IMG/VR virus record: IMGVR_UViG_3300012987_000010
Span: 1-56,351 of that record
Source of the DNA: a virus
Taxonomy: Duplodnaviria > Caudoviricetes
Length of the DNA stretch: 56,351 bases
Strand: one strand, 5' to 3'
Part shown: positions 16,724 through 27,382 of the stretch, piece by piece
Position numbering within the stretch: the first letter of the stretch is position 1
How the letters are laid out: every line of letters begins with the position of its first letter
Notes under the pieces: generated by a model
Database searches by the model: none
What the model was told of the DNA's origin: nothing
Seen by the model: only the letters and a program-made list of their open reading frames with translations
Program-made: the position numbers and the translations under genes

Positions 16724-17689
16724 CGATCGGTTGACCCAGGTTGTCGTACTCGGCGTTCAGGACCTGGATCGCTCGGCGGACGGAGACCTTGCGACCGTCC
16801 GTCATGTCCAGCTCCCGGATCCACCGGACGTGCCGCCGGGGGACGTCCCACTCGACCTGGATCGCCCTGACCCATCCACCGGTGGGCCAGGTCCGGAACA
16901 TCGTGTCCGCCGTGTGGCCGACTCGCCAACCGTTGCGCCGGGCGTGCCTCACGGCCCGACGCAACTGCCCGTTGGTCGCCATCAGACGTACTTTCGGTCC
17001 ACCGTGAAGCGCAGGTTGGTCCCGCGCTCGGTGAGCAGACGATTCAACTCGTCCAGGTGCTTGCGGGTCTGGGTCGCCCACGCCGTCTCCGTCGGGGTCA
17101 ACCCCGTCGCCACGTTCACGGGCTCGGTACTGCCCTTGCCGATGATCATGGGCTTGCGACTCACAGTTCGTTCGCCTCCAGGTGGTTGACGGTCAGGCTC
17201 GCCGGCTTGGGCATCCGGTCGAGCCCCAGGGCATCCCGGATGGCGTTGGCCAGGTCCATCCGGGTCTTGCAACGTCCCTCCGTCATGGTCCCATCCATCT
17301 TCCGAGTGCCCTCGGGGGTGGTGATCGTCACGTTGAAGTACCACACGCGGTTGGGGTCGTGGGTCATCATGCGCTCCCGATGTGGAAGAAGTCGATCAGT
17401 CGGGTGTTGGGGTTCGCGTAGACATCCCCGTGTTGGCTCACCAGGGCTTCGACGGCCATTACGAAGAGCTGGTAGTCCGTGGTGCCCTTCGGGAGGTTGC
17501 GGAACACGGAATCCAGGGACGCCCGATGGGTGCCACCCTTCACGTGCACGGAGACCGTGAGGATCGTGAAGCGGTTCACGCCTCGCCCCTCAGCCTGCGC
17601 AACGCCGCGTCGGCCGCCGCCGCCAGGGCGTCGTCCTCCCGGGTCTCGCGTTGCCGGCGCAACAGGTCTTCCTTCTGTGCCTTCGTCAT
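16719..17689 (-). other. Operon of five small hypothetical genes (17576-17689, 17367-17579, 17161-17370, 16982-17164, 16719-16982)
   Basis: Overlapping stop/start junctions; driven by a leftward TTGACA promoter near 17749. Confidence 0.6.
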
Positions 17690-17708
17690 GTCGCCTCCAG
17701 GGGTGAGT

Positions 17709-17805
17709 TGTCGTGACACCACCCTGAGTCATGATCACCGAATTGTCAACACGTATCCGGTGTTGACAACCAGGACCCGGCGGCCTAGCGTCTGTCGTGT
17801 CAACA
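17709..17805. promoter_or_regulatory. Divergent promoter pair
   Basis: TGTCAACA at 17744, TGTTGACA at 17761, CTAGCGTCTGTCGTGTCA box, TGTCGTGACA at 17709. Confidence 0.7.
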
Positions 17806-17827
17806 GCCACCCGACGAGGGGACGAAC

Positions 17828-20536
17828 ATGTACAGCTACCACTTCCACTACCGGGACACGGCGACCGGGGGCGCCACCGTGGACTTCTCGACTACCCCCG
17901 GAGGCCTGGACGCTGCGGTGACCCGGGTCAAGGAGGCCGTGGCCGCCGAACGGATCCGGTCGGTGTCGATCCACCGGGTGGACCCGGACACCGGGGTCCG
18001 GCACAACATCACCGGGCAGTTGATCCCCGGTCGCACCTGGCCGCGTCCGCGCTCCTCCTCCGGGAGGGCGTGATGGGGTTCGGAACCAAGCCGTGGTACG
18101 ACCTGACCTATCGGGACGTGGCCACCGGGCGGAACGTGACCTACAAGAACATGGCCAGGGAAGAGACCCGGGACATGGCGGTCGACCTGTGCGCGCGCCT
18201 GAAGGCCGGGAAGGTCGACCTGGTGAAGGTGACCAACCGGTTCGGCGTGGACGTGACCGTCGACTTCTTCGGGGATCGGGCATGAGCATCCTGGAGGTGA
18301 TCGTCCGGGAGGGCGGCGGAACCCGGTCGATCTGCGTCAACCCCGGCAACCGGGAACTCCTCGACACCGTGCTGGTGGCACGGCGCGACCGGTCCGGCGT
18401 GACCATCCCGGTATGGGACCCGCAGTGCCTGGACAAGGTGGCGGAGGGTTACGTCCGGCGGGGGTGGTTCGGCAAGACCTCCCTGGCGTTCCCGGCGGGG
18501 TCGATCGTCACGGCCCGCCTGATCGACTGATCGACCGACACCCGCGCCGGATGGCTCGGCGCGGGTGTTGACATGTCCGACCGAATCCACCAGGATGTTG
18601 TCAAGACAGCTGGAAGGGGAGCACACGATGTACGCGATCTTCACGGAGAACGACAACGAGTACTGGGCCGGTCTGTACGACACGGAGCATCTGGCGGAGC
18701 AGGACCTGTGGGGCCGTCCCGAGGGGTGCTACGTGGCTCCGGCGTGCGAGTGCGTCGACGGCCTCACCAGGCCGGCCGACGAGTGCATCGTGTGCGCCCC
18801 GATCGACAAGGAGGACGAGAACGATGGGACGTGACCACCTGCTCCGGCCGCACCTGGCCGGGACCGACGCCGAGTGCTGGGGGTGTCGGATCCGATGCGA
18901 GTGCGCGGACGACCCGACCTGGACGTGTGTGCGCTGCACATTGATCCGATTGGGAATGGAGCCGTGATCACCGTGACGAACCTCCCCATGCCGGGAGACC
19001 GCTGTGGCAACCTGCTCTGCTCCAACCGGGTCGGTGAGGGCCTGTGGACGATGGTGGAGGTGCCGGGGGACCCGGCCGCTTCCCACCGTTGGCGCGGCCT
19101 GGGGTTGCGCCTGAGCCTGTGCTCCCCGTGCGCCGGCATGGTGACCGACGCCCTGGACCGGAAGGAGGCGGGATCGTGAACACCTTCAACCCGGGCGACC
19201 GGGTCGTCACGCCGAACGGTGGCCTGGGGACCGTGGACCGGATGGAGGCCGGCGTACCGATGCGGGTCGTCGTGGACGGCGTGTCCTGGGTGGCCGCCGA
19301 CGTGCGACCCCTGGTGAGCGAATGGGAGGGCGGATCGTGAGGGAAGGGCTGATGATCTCCACGGTGCCCGGCCGCAAGGGTCGATACCTGGTGATCCTGA
19401 AAGAGGACGGTCTCCACGTGGTGGCCCGTCTGGTGGGCGTCACCGAGGAGAGGCAACAGAGGTCACTGGACGTCTTCCTGGCCTGGGTCGAGACGTTCAC
19501 CGGGGAGGGGTTCCGATGACCAGGTCGATCGGACTGACCGACGTCGCCGAGACCACGGTCTACCGGGCGGTCGGGGAGTACCTGGTCGACGGGGAGAGCC
19601 GGAAGGCGTACGCCGGTCTGTACGACACGGTCGGCCCCGCCCGGCAGCGGGTGACCTGGTGGCGCAATCACCCGACCTCCCGACCGTCCGGGGGAGACCG
19701 GCCGATGCCCGGCGTGTCGTGGGCACTGGTGGACGCCTGGATAGAGCCGGTCACCGTGACCAACCACCCGGGCGTCCGATACACGGACGACTGGTCGGCC
19801 CCCGAAAACCGGATGGCGGCGATCGAGTCGATCGCCGACGCCCTCGGCGACTCGTTGTGCGGGGACGAATGGCATTTGTCCAAAGCGATCCGGGACATCG
19901 CCTCCGGCGAGACGACCCCGACCCAGGCGTACGAGTTCCTGGGGGACGAGTGGACCGGGAAGGAGAGGTCGTGACCGACAAGCCGGCACTGGACGCGCCC
20001 GACGCACCGTTCGGCCACTGGCCGATCATCCCCCATGTCGGGCAACCGATCATGGGCGAAGTGAAACAGCTGATCCGGGTCGCCTCGCTCGCGGCCGACT
20101 TCTGGCATCTGGGGCCGGACGGACCCGTCCGCAACCCCATGACCCCCGCCGAAGCCAACCGGGGATACCTCCGGACCGCCCTGCTCCATCTCCTGGAGTT
20201 GGGCCTGGTCGACATCGACCACGAACGTCTGGCCCAGGGCGACGAGATCGGATACCCGATGCGCCGCGAAGTGGACGGTCCGTCGTGAAGTACACGGTCA
20301 CCCTGACGACGCACGCCGGAACGGCGATCGACTTCGAGACCGACGAGACCGACCCGGAGAAGATCGCGGAAGCTTTCTGGGACTCGAACCCGGACACCCC
20401 TTCCCTGTGCCACCAATGTTCCGGGGGAGAAAAGTACTCACAGAATCTCGAACTGGGTGACGAGTGGGAGATCGACAGGTTCGACGGCCGGCTGTCGATC
20501 GAGACGGCCGTCCAGGTGAAGGGAGAGACGACATGA
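17828..20536 (+). other. Run of small early hypothetical genes (17828-18073, 18073-18285, 18282-18530, 18628-18834, 18964-19179, 19176-19340, 19337-19519, 19516-19974, 19971-20288, 20285-20536)
   Basis: GTGA/ATGA coupling, GGAGG-type RBSs, internal promoter at 18566. Confidence 0.6.
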
Positions 20537-20760
20537 AGTGGATCCAGGCACGACGCAGCGCGCCGCCGAGTGGTGTACCGGGCCACCGGATCGGCGCCCG
20601 GGTGAGGTGGACGGAGGGCGGTGACCTGTTCCACCGGGGGACGGTGATCGAGATCCTCAACGAGCGGGACGTCCGGGTTCGGTGGGACGACCGGCACCGG
20701 GGCGAATGGTCCGGTTGGTACGTCCTGGGGGAGAAGGTGGAGGCCGCCCCGGAGGGGTGA
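20533..20760 (+). CDS. Small SH3/KOW-like beta-barrel protein
   Basis: IGARVRW...RGTVIEI...VRVRWDD. Confidence 0.5.
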   Translation: MKWIQARRSAPPSGVPGHRIGARVRWTEGGDLFHRGTVIEILNERDVRVRWDDRHRGEWSGWYVLGEKVEAAPEG

Positions 20761-20899
20761 CGAGGCAACACGGCTTGGCGGAAGGGCCCGACGCGGCAAC
20801 GTGTCGGGCCCTTCCGTGTGTCCGGGCAAGGGTGTTGACAGATCCTCCTGGTGTTGACATGATTCAGGTGTCAAGACAGACGCACACAAGGAGCACACC

Positions 20900-21268
20900 A
20901 TGAAGGTCGCGAACCTCGTCCGCCGGATGGCCGCCCTGGGCGGGGAGCTGATCCGCCGGTCGCGGCGGCGTCGCCCGGCCGGGGAATGGGCGCGTCGCCC
21001 GCTGGTGGCCCGGCTGACCGTCGCCGCCTGGATGTGGGCGCGCGGCGTGTCCGGTCCGGACATCGCCCGGTGGGGCTCGGCGGTGGGCCGGCTGACGGCC
21101 CGCCTGGCGCGGGAGGCCGGCTACCGTCCGGTCGCGGTGTACACCGTGTCCGGCGGCGGGGCGCACCCGGAGCACGTCTACCCGGACGCGGCCTTCATGG
21201 AGGCGGCCTGGGTCACGCCGGACCGCAAGGGGCTCACCTACCTGGACAAGATCGGAGAGTTGGCGTGA
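20900..21268 (+). CDS. Hypothetical protein (122 aa)
   Basis: Own promoter (20833-20878) and AAGGAGCACACCATG start. Confidence 0.7.
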   Translation: MKVANLVRRMAALGGELIRRSRRRRPAGEWARRPLVARLTVAAWMWARGVSGPDIARWGSAVGRLTARLAREAGYRPVAVYTVSGGGAHPEHVYPDAAFMEAAWVTPDRKGLTYLDKIGELA

Positions 21269-21444
21269 GCGAGTTCGACGAGGGGGCCAGGGTCCGCCTG
21301 TACGGGGCGGACCCCGAGGGGTCGAAGGTCGGCACCGTGGTCCTGGTGAACCGGACGGCCGTGCCGGTACGACACGCCGTCCGGTGGGACGACGGGACCA
21401 CAATTCCCGGCTACAGCGCCGGAGAGCTGGAGGCGGCGAAGTGA
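21265..21444 (+). CDS. Small SH3/KOW-like protein
   Basis: FDEGARVRL...VGTVV...VRWDDG. Confidence 0.5.
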   Translation: MSEFDEGARVRLYGADPEGSKVGTVVLVNRTAVPVRHAVRWDDGTTIPGYSAGELEAAK

Positions 21445-21626
21445 GCGTGTTCACCGCCGGGACCCGGGTGAGGTTCCGACTCCGGCCGGAGCAGGAGGGG
21501 ACGGTGGTCGCGGCGTGCTCGCCGCCGACGTGGGGCGACCCGACGGCCGGCCCCTGGTATCGGGTCCGGTGGGACGGATCCGACGAGGGACACATCGCGG
21601 CGTGCGACCTGGAGGTGATCACGTGA
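21441..21626 (+). CDS. Small SH3/KOW-like protein
   Basis: FTAGTRVRF...EGTVV...YRVRWDG. Confidence 0.5.
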   Translation: MSVFTAGTRVRFRLRPEQEGTVVAACSPPTWGDPTAGPWYRVRWDGSDEGHIAACDLEVIT

Positions 21627-22270
21627 TCAGCCGCAAAGGACACTGCGACTGGTGCGGTACGCCGCCGCACCTGCATCGGAAGGCCGGGGACGTATACGTA
21701 TCCGGACACACGTACGAATGCGACGCCGACGACCGGATCCGCCGGGAGCGCAGGGACAGGTTCGTCGGATCGGTCGGCTGGTGGCCCGGGTACACCCGGC
21801 GGTACGTCCCGGAGACGCGGATGTACGAGGTCACCTGGAACGAGACGCCCATGGACCAGTGCGGGTGGCCCGGGTGCTCCCGGGGAGCCCACGCCGAGGG
21901 CGCCTGGTCGACCGTACAACCGGGCACGCACGACTACCGGCGGCCGACCGACGCCCAGCTCCTGGAGCGCATGCGTGCCCGGCGGGCGGCCCGGCAGCGG
22001 CTCCGGGAGGCGTCCCGGGGCGAGGTGTGGTCGATCCGCCGGGGCGTGTGGCATGCCTGGGTGGAGGACGACACGTACGACGAGTACGAGGCGAACAGGC
22101 TGTACACCGACCTGGTGTCGGCGCTCCGCGCCACCCGGCGCCTGCTGGGCGTGTCCCGGTTCGTCGGCGCCGTCCGGGACGGCGACGTCCGGTGGACGCT
22201 GCACAGCGACGAGTGCGACGTCACGGCGATCATCGAGCGCCGGGCCGTGCACGGCATGGAGCGACCGTGA
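21623..22270 (+). CDS. Hypothetical Cys/His-containing protein (215 aa)
   Basis: HCDWCG, CGWPGC...H; coupled start. Confidence 0.55.
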   Translation: MISRKGHCDWCGTPPHLHRKAGDVYVSGHTYECDADDRIRRERRDRFVGSVGWWPGYTRRYVPETRMYEVTWNETPMDQCGWPGCSRGAHAEGAWSTVQPGTHDYRRPTDAQLLERMRARRAARQRLREASRGEVWSIRRGVWHAWVEDDTYDEYEANRLYTDLVSALRATRRLLGVSRFVGAVRDGDVRWTLHSDECDVTAIIERRAVHGMERP

Positions 22271-22497
22271 GGCCGCTCCCGAGGCCCCGACCGACCGATG
22301 TCGAGCGCCGGCTCCTGGAGTGTCTGGTGGACGGGATGTCGGACAAGCAGATCGCCAGGGCGACCGGGAGCCCCCTGTCCACCGTGGCGAGTCGCGTCCA
22401 GCGGCTCCTGGTCAAGGCCGGGGCGGCCAACCGGACCCACCTGTTGGCCCTGGCGATCCGCCGGGGCTGGATCGAGATCGAGAAGGAGGAGTGGTGA
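22267..22497 (+). CDS. Stand-alone LuxR/GerE-type HTH regulator
   Basis: ERRLLECLVDGMSDKQIARATGSPLSTVASRVQRLLVKAGAANRTHLLALA. Confidence 0.8.
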   Translation: MRPLPRPRPTDVERRLLECLVDGMSDKQIARATGSPLSTVASRVQRLLVKAGAANRTHLLALAIRRGWIEIEKEEW

Positions 22498-23192
22498 ACA
22501 ACGACGAGTACGAGTTGACCAGGGCAACGGAGGCGGCACGTCTCCAGGGGGCAGCGTTGGCGGAGAGCCTGGCCCGACTGTCGACCGTATGCGGAGCGAT
22601 CGTGGAGGGATGGAGGTCCGTCCTGCCCGGCGACGAAGGTCGGCTTCCGATGCCGGCCGCCTGGTGGGCTGCTCACGCGGAGGCGCCGTTCCGCGAGACC
22701 CCGGCCTCCCGGATCCCGGACGTCGACCCGCAGGGTCGGCCGGGGTACTACCTGGCCGAACCGACCACCAGCGACATGGGTTCCGTGCAATGGCCGGTGA
22801 TCCGGGTCCAGGACCCGGGGGAATCCGAGTGCATCGGATACGTGATCCGCCGTCGGGACGACTTCTCGGCGCATTCCCTACACGGTTGCCTGGGGGTCGC
22901 CCGGGACCGGCACAACGCGCTGATCATGGTGGCTCACCGGGACGACCGGGAGCCGGTCCGGAAGATCTCGGAATCCCTCGTCATGGGCGCGATGGAGGTC
23001 GACGACGAGGGCGACACGGTGTGGCCGGTGTGGCGGGGGCACACTCGCGTCGGGACGATCCGGGAAGTGCGGAAGGCGGGCGCGAACCCGAGCCGGTGCT
23101 ACACGGCGTACGTGAGGGGGCGGGGGCGTTCGGGTCCGTTCGCGACCCTGGACGAGGCGGAGTTCGCGGTGAACGAGGGGGAGCGGACATGA
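22494..23192 (+). CDS. Hypothetical protein (232 aa)
   Basis: AAGGAGGAG RBS; coupled start. Confidence 0.6.
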   Translation: MNNDEYELTRATEAARLQGAALAESLARLSTVCGAIVEGWRSVLPGDEGRLPMPAAWWAAHAEAPFRETPASRIPDVDPQGRPGYYLAEPTTSDMGSVQWPVIRVQDPGESECIGYVIRRRDDFSAHSLHGCLGVARDRHNALIMVAHRDDREPVRKISESLVMGAMEVDDEGDTVWPVWRGHTRVGTIREVRKAGANPSRCYTAYVRGRGRSGPFATLDEAEFAVNEGERT

Positions 23193-23668
23193 GTGCCGAG
23201 GAAGGCCCCATGTGGGCGGAGTGCACGTTCCGGGTCGCCCTGGGCGACATCACCGAGTGGACGGACATCGGCGTGGACAGCCGTGACCCGGTCGCCGTAC
23301 GGGATTGGGTGTCCCGGTCCCTGGAGGACGAGTTGCCCCACGGGATCACGGTCACCGTGTCCGCCGTCCCTCACGACCGGGTCCGGCAGAGGTTTGACCA
23401 CGGTGGATGGGAGGCGGAGGGTCATCTCATGATCAACTCCCCGGTCACCGCCGTGGCCAAGCACGTATACCGCCTGAACCCGGCCAACCCGTACCGCACG
23501 GTGGGGCAAATCCTGGGAGCCGTGATCGAGTCGACCGACGGCCGATGGGACGCCTGCGTCGTGGACGGGGAGGACCGCTACCCGGGTCGCCGCCTGGACA
23601 CGTTCGACGACTCGCACGACGCCTTCACGGCCATCCGGCGATACCTGGGGGTGCCTCGTGACGAGTGA
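23189..23668 (+). CDS. Hypothetical protein (159 aa)
   Basis: ATGA coupling; GGGGAG RBS. Confidence 0.6.
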   Translation: MSAEEGPMWAECTFRVALGDITEWTDIGVDSRDPVAVRDWVSRSLEDELPHGITVTVSAVPHDRVRQRFDHGGWEAEGHLMINSPVTAVAKHVYRLNPANPYRTVGQILGAVIESTDGRWDACVVDGEDRYPGRRLDTFDDSHDAFTAIRRYLGVPRDE

Positions 23669-23818
23669 CGACCCGACGGCGTTCGATCGGGCCCGGTTCG
23701 GTCGATCGGATCCGGAGGCCGTGGCCTATCGCCTGACGGATCGAGACGGGTCCGTGATCGCCGAGTGTCCGGTACACGGCCGCGTGTACCTGGACGACGC
23801 GTACGAGCCGGCCCACCG

Positions 23819-24079
23819 ATGACCCGCATCCCCCACCCGGTGACGGTCGATCCGGCCGACGGGTCGACGACGCACCGGTGCCCGATCGGCGGGTGCCCCT
23901 GGGAGCACCTGCAACCCGGGTCGGTCCTGCCGGACAGGCACAAGTCGGCACACCTGGCCCTGGAGACCCACATCGGCCGGCACTCCGCCCTGGAGTGGGC
24001 CCAGGCGATCGCCGTGGTCCGGTACGACCTGGAGCGAGCGCGGGACGCATTGTGCCGACTCGGGATCGCCATGGATTGA
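23819..24079 (+). CDS. Small Zn-finger-like protein
   Basis: HRCPIGGCPW...HIGRH. Confidence 0.5.
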   Translation: MTRIPHPVTVDPADGSTTHRCPIGGCPWEHLQPGSVLPDRHKSAHLALETHIGRHSALEWAQAIAVVRYDLERARDALCRLGIAMD

Positions 24080-24191
24080 CCTCCCGAACAGGGCCCGGCG
24101 GACACGTTCCGCCGGGCCTTTCGCATGGCCGCCGACCAGGGTGGATCATGGCGGTGTCACGTCATGGGCCGATGCGGGGAGTGGAGCGGAC

Positions 24192-24785
24192 ATGGGTAGC
24201 AGGGTCCTGGCCGACGAACGTCGGTGCACGGCGACCAGCAGGCAGACCGGGGAGCGGTGCGGGCAGCCCCGGAAGGGCATGGCCACGGTGTGCCATTACC
24301 ACGGCGGGAGCACGCCGACGGTCGCCCGGAAGGCCCGGGAACGGGAGGTGGAGGCGGCGGCCAGGCGGACCCTGGCGGAGATCGGGGAGCCGGCCGATCC
24401 CCTGGGCAACCCCCTGGTCGAGCTGGAGAGGATGGCCTCCCGAATGATCAGGTTCACGGAGGTCATGGGAGACCTGGTGAGCCGGTTGGAACACGTCCGC
24501 TACTCGACCGGCACGACGGGGGAGCAGCTGCGGGCGGAGGTGGCGGTGTACACCAGGGCTCTGGTGGACACGTCGAACGCGCTGGAGAAGATCGCCCGCC
24601 TGGGGATCGACGAGCGTCTGGTGGCCATCCGGTCGGCCCAGGCGGAGATCGTGGTCCGGGCGGTGGTCGCCGCCTTGGACGCGGCGCAGGCAACCGGCGA
24701 GCCGAGGTCCCGGGGCCGGTTGGCGGCGGCCGAAGTTCTACGCAGCGTAACCATAGACGACAGTGTGGTTGGTAACCTTCCGTAG
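24192..24785 (+). CDS. terS: Terminase small subunit (HGGxST-type)
   Basis: RCTATSRQTGERC...VCHYHGGST motif; helical body; upstream of terL. Confidence 0.7.
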   Translation: MGSRVLADERRCTATSRQTGERCGQPRKGMATVCHYHGGSTPTVARKAREREVEAAARRTLAEIGEPADPLGNPLVELERMASRMIRFTEVMGDLVSRLEHVRYSTGTTGEQLRAEVAVYTRALVDTSNALEKIARLGIDERLVAIRSAQAEIVVRAVVAALDAAQATGEPRSRGRLAAAEVLRSVTIDDSVVGNLP

Positions 24786-24798
24786 ACCACTGTTAACT

Positions 24799-24883
24799 TA
24801 GCCAGGGTAGACAGGGTCTCCGGTTAACCAGCTAGCCTCGCGGGGGTTACTGGGTTAACTGGAGACCCTGTCTACCCTGGCTA
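24799..24883. repeat. 31-bp inverted repeat (one mismatch) with 23-nt spacer; copy 2 of the 5918-6001 element
   Basis: tagccagggtagacagggtctccggttaacc / ggttaactggagaccctgtctaccctggcta. Confidence 0.9.
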
Positions 24884-25134
24884 GCGGGTGATTTGCCCCA
24901 GGCAATCCTGGCGAACCAGGGCGTAATAGGACCACGTAGAGGGCTTTCGGAAACCAGGGGAACTATTGGGACAAAGAGACGCACCTGGAGGGGTGTCACA
25001 GACGGTCGCCGCCGATCCGCCGCCCCCTGCCGGCCCGGTGACCGACCGGCCGTGCCACCCTGTCGCGTGGGCACCCTGCCTGTGACGGACCGTGTCCGAT
25101 AGGCTGTCGATACACCCCGGAACCAGGAGGGCAC

Positions 25135-25392
25135 GTGAGCGAGTACCCGGCGGACATGCGGCGGATCCTGATCACCCTGGACATCGGAGGCCGTGAGCGG
25201 ACCCGTACCGTGGACACCCCGGCGGACTGGCCCGGCCTGTCCGACGAAGGCCGCCGGGGGTGGGCGACCTCCCGGTGCGAGGAGTTCGTGTTCGAGCACG
25301 TGGACGTGACCTGGTCCGACCCGGACGAGAAACTGGACCCGTACGACTGGCCGACCTCCTGGGACGGCCGGACCGGGGACCGGGTCGAGTGA
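25135..25392 (+). CDS. Hypothetical protein (85 aa)
   Basis: AGGAGG RBS; coupled to terL. Confidence 0.6.
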   Translation: MSEYPADMRRILITLDIGGRERTRTVDTPADWPGLSDEGRRGWATSRCEEFVFEHVDVTWSDPDEKLDPYDWPTSWDGRTGDRVE

Positions 25393-26849
25393 CCGATCGT
25401 CTGGCCCGGTCGTTCCTCCAGGACGCGGCGGAGGTCCTGGACGCCCCTGAGATCGACTATCTGAGGGACCCGGTCCTCTGGGCCCGGGACAAGCTGGATA
25501 CGGTCCTGTGGGAGCGTCAGAGGGCCATCGTGACGTCCGTGCGGGACAACCCCAGGACCGCCGTCCCGTCCTGCCACTCCACCGGCAAGAGCCACGTGGC
25601 TGCCACCGTGGTCTGCTGGTGGCTGGACGTGCACCGCCCGGGGGACGCCTTCGTGCTCACCACCGCTCCCACCGGAGCCCAGGTGAAGGGCATCCTCTGG
25701 CGGTACATCAATCGCATGCACAAGCGGGGGAAGCTGCGCGGACGGGTCAACCTGACGGAGTGGTACATCGACGGTGAGCTGGTCGCCCTGGGTCGCAAGC
25801 CCGCCGATCACGATCCGACCAACCTGTCCGGCTACCACGCGCCCCGGTTCCTGATCGTCGTGGACGAGGCGTCGGGCGTGAGCCTGGAGATCTGGGACGC
25901 CCTGTCCACCCTGGTTGCCGGTGGCGCCCACGTCCGCGTCCTGGCCATCGGCAACCCGGACCAACCCACCGGTGAGTTCGCCGACATCTGCAAGGCCGGC
26001 TCCGGCTGGAACGTGATCCGCATCGGATACATGGACACCCCGGCCTGGACCGGGGAGGACGTACCGCCGGACGTCCTGTCCTCGCTCATCCAACCGGATT
26101 GGGTGGAGGATCGCCGTCGCCGTTGGGGCGAGAGATCTGCGCTGTTCCAGGCCAAGTGCCTGGGCCGGTTCCCCACCCAGGGCTCCCAGTTCGCCGTCGT
26201 GCCGCACGACCTGGCCACGGCGTGCCGCTACCTGGACCTGCCGGACGGCCATCCCCATCAGGCCGGCGTCGACGTCGCCGCCGGTGGGGACCGCACCATC
26301 GTGCGCGAGCGTCGCGGGGCCAAGGCCGGCCGGGTGGTGGAGTTCGTGGACCCCGACCCGATGCGGACGGTTGCGGCCGTTCTGGAGGCCTTGAAGTCCT
26401 GGGGGGTCCGGAAGGTCAAGGTCGACTCGATCGGCGTCGGGTGGGGCGTGTACGGCTCCCTGAAGGGCGCCCTGGCGGCCGACGGTGTGGAGGTCGTCCC
26501 GGTCAACTTCGGGGCCGGTCCCGGGGAGGGCTTTGAGGATCGCTACCTGAACCTGCGTGCCAGGGTGTGGTGGGAGGTCGGCCGGGAGAACAGCCGGTTG
26601 CAGCACTGGGACCTGGGCGCGTGCGACGACGACGTGATCAACGAGTTGACCGCCCCGGAGTACGTGATCCTGGACAACAAGGGGAAGATCAAGATCGAGC
26701 CCAAGGCGGACGTCATCCGACGCCTGGGCGTCAGCCCCGACCACGCGGACGCGCTTCTCCTGGCCTTCTGGGATCCGCACACCGCCATGTCGCTGCCCTC
26801 CACGCTGTCCCAGCTGCTCTCCACGGACCTGCTCCGGGGCATCAGGTAG
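25389..26849 (+). CDS. terL: Terminase large subunit
   Basis: SCHSTGKS Walker A, LIVVDEA Walker B, IGNP, GVDVAAGGD, SPDHADA. Confidence 0.9.
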   Translation: MTDRLARSFLQDAAEVLDAPEIDYLRDPVLWARDKLDTVLWERQRAIVTSVRDNPRTAVPSCHSTGKSHVAATVVCWWLDVHRPGDAFVLTTAPTGAQVKGILWRYINRMHKRGKLRGRVNLTEWYIDGELVALGRKPADHDPTNLSGYHAPRFLIVVDEASGVSLEIWDALSTLVAGGAHVRVLAIGNPDQPTGEFADICKAGSGWNVIRIGYMDTPAWTGEDVPPDVLSSLIQPDWVEDRRRRWGERSALFQAKCLGRFPTQGSQFAVVPHDLATACRYLDLPDGHPHQAGVDVAAGGDRTIVRERRGAKAGRVVEFVDPDPMRTVAAVLEALKSWGVRKVKVDSIGVGWGVYGSLKGALAADGVEVVPVNFGAGPGEGFEDRYLNLRARVWWEVGRENSRLQHWDLGACDDDVINELTAPEYVILDNKGKIKIEPKADVIRRLGVSPDHADALLLAFWDPHTAMSLPSTLSQLLSTDLLRGIR

Positions 26850-26857
26850 CGGACACG

Positions 26858-26894
26858 CGAGAACCCCGGCACACAGCCTGCGCCGGGGTTCTCG
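26858..26894. terminator. Hairpin terminator after terL
   Basis: cgagaaccccggc / gccggggttctcg. Confidence 0.65.
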
Positions 26895-26895
26895 A

Positions 26896-27102
26896 TCAGT
26901 CGTCGTACACGGTGTCGCAGTCGCACGTGTCGGGGGTGAAGGGCAGCCACCGGGCCAATCGGGGATGCCTGGTGAACCTGATCCCGCACCGACAGCACGC
27001 GTACACGCGCCACTCCGACGGCCGGCCGCCGGCCACGGCGATCGCGTGACACTCGGGACAGCGGTGGGGCTTGTCGGTGTTCCACCTCACGACCGGTGTC
27101 AT
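26896..27102 (-). CDS. Cys-rich hypothetical protein
   Basis: CPEC, CCRC, CDC. Confidence 0.55.
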   Translation of the reverse strand: MTPVVRWNTDKPHRCPECHAIAVAGGRPSEWRVYACCRCGIRFTRHPRLARWLPFTPDTCDCDTVYDD

Positions 27103-27365
27103 GCCGGCACCGTGGCCAGGTCGTACCGGTAGCCACCGGTGATCACGTCGCCGGTCCCGACGATGCGGAAGCCGCGCTCCGCCAACCAGGCCCGGCCGTC
27201 GGCCGACGCGGTGGCGATCGGATACCAGGGCGACCGGTCGGCCGGGAGATACGTGCCGGCGCCCAGATATGCCTCACTGTGGATGGTCATTCGCCACCTG
27301 GGCGTTATCCGGTCACCGTTGTGGACCAGGGTGGCGTGGACGCCGGGGATGTTCGTGTCGGTCAT
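27099..27365 (-). CDS. Hypothetical protein, paralog of 27383-27643
   Basis: AAGGAGCACACCATG start; YLPADRSPW...GGYRYDL. Confidence 0.7.
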   Translation of the reverse strand: MTDTNIPGVHATLVHNGDRITPRWRMTIHSEAYLGAGTYLPADRSPWYPIATASADGRAWLAERGFRIVGTGDVITGGYRYDLATVPA

Positions 27366-27382
27366 GGTGTGCTCCTTGTGGG

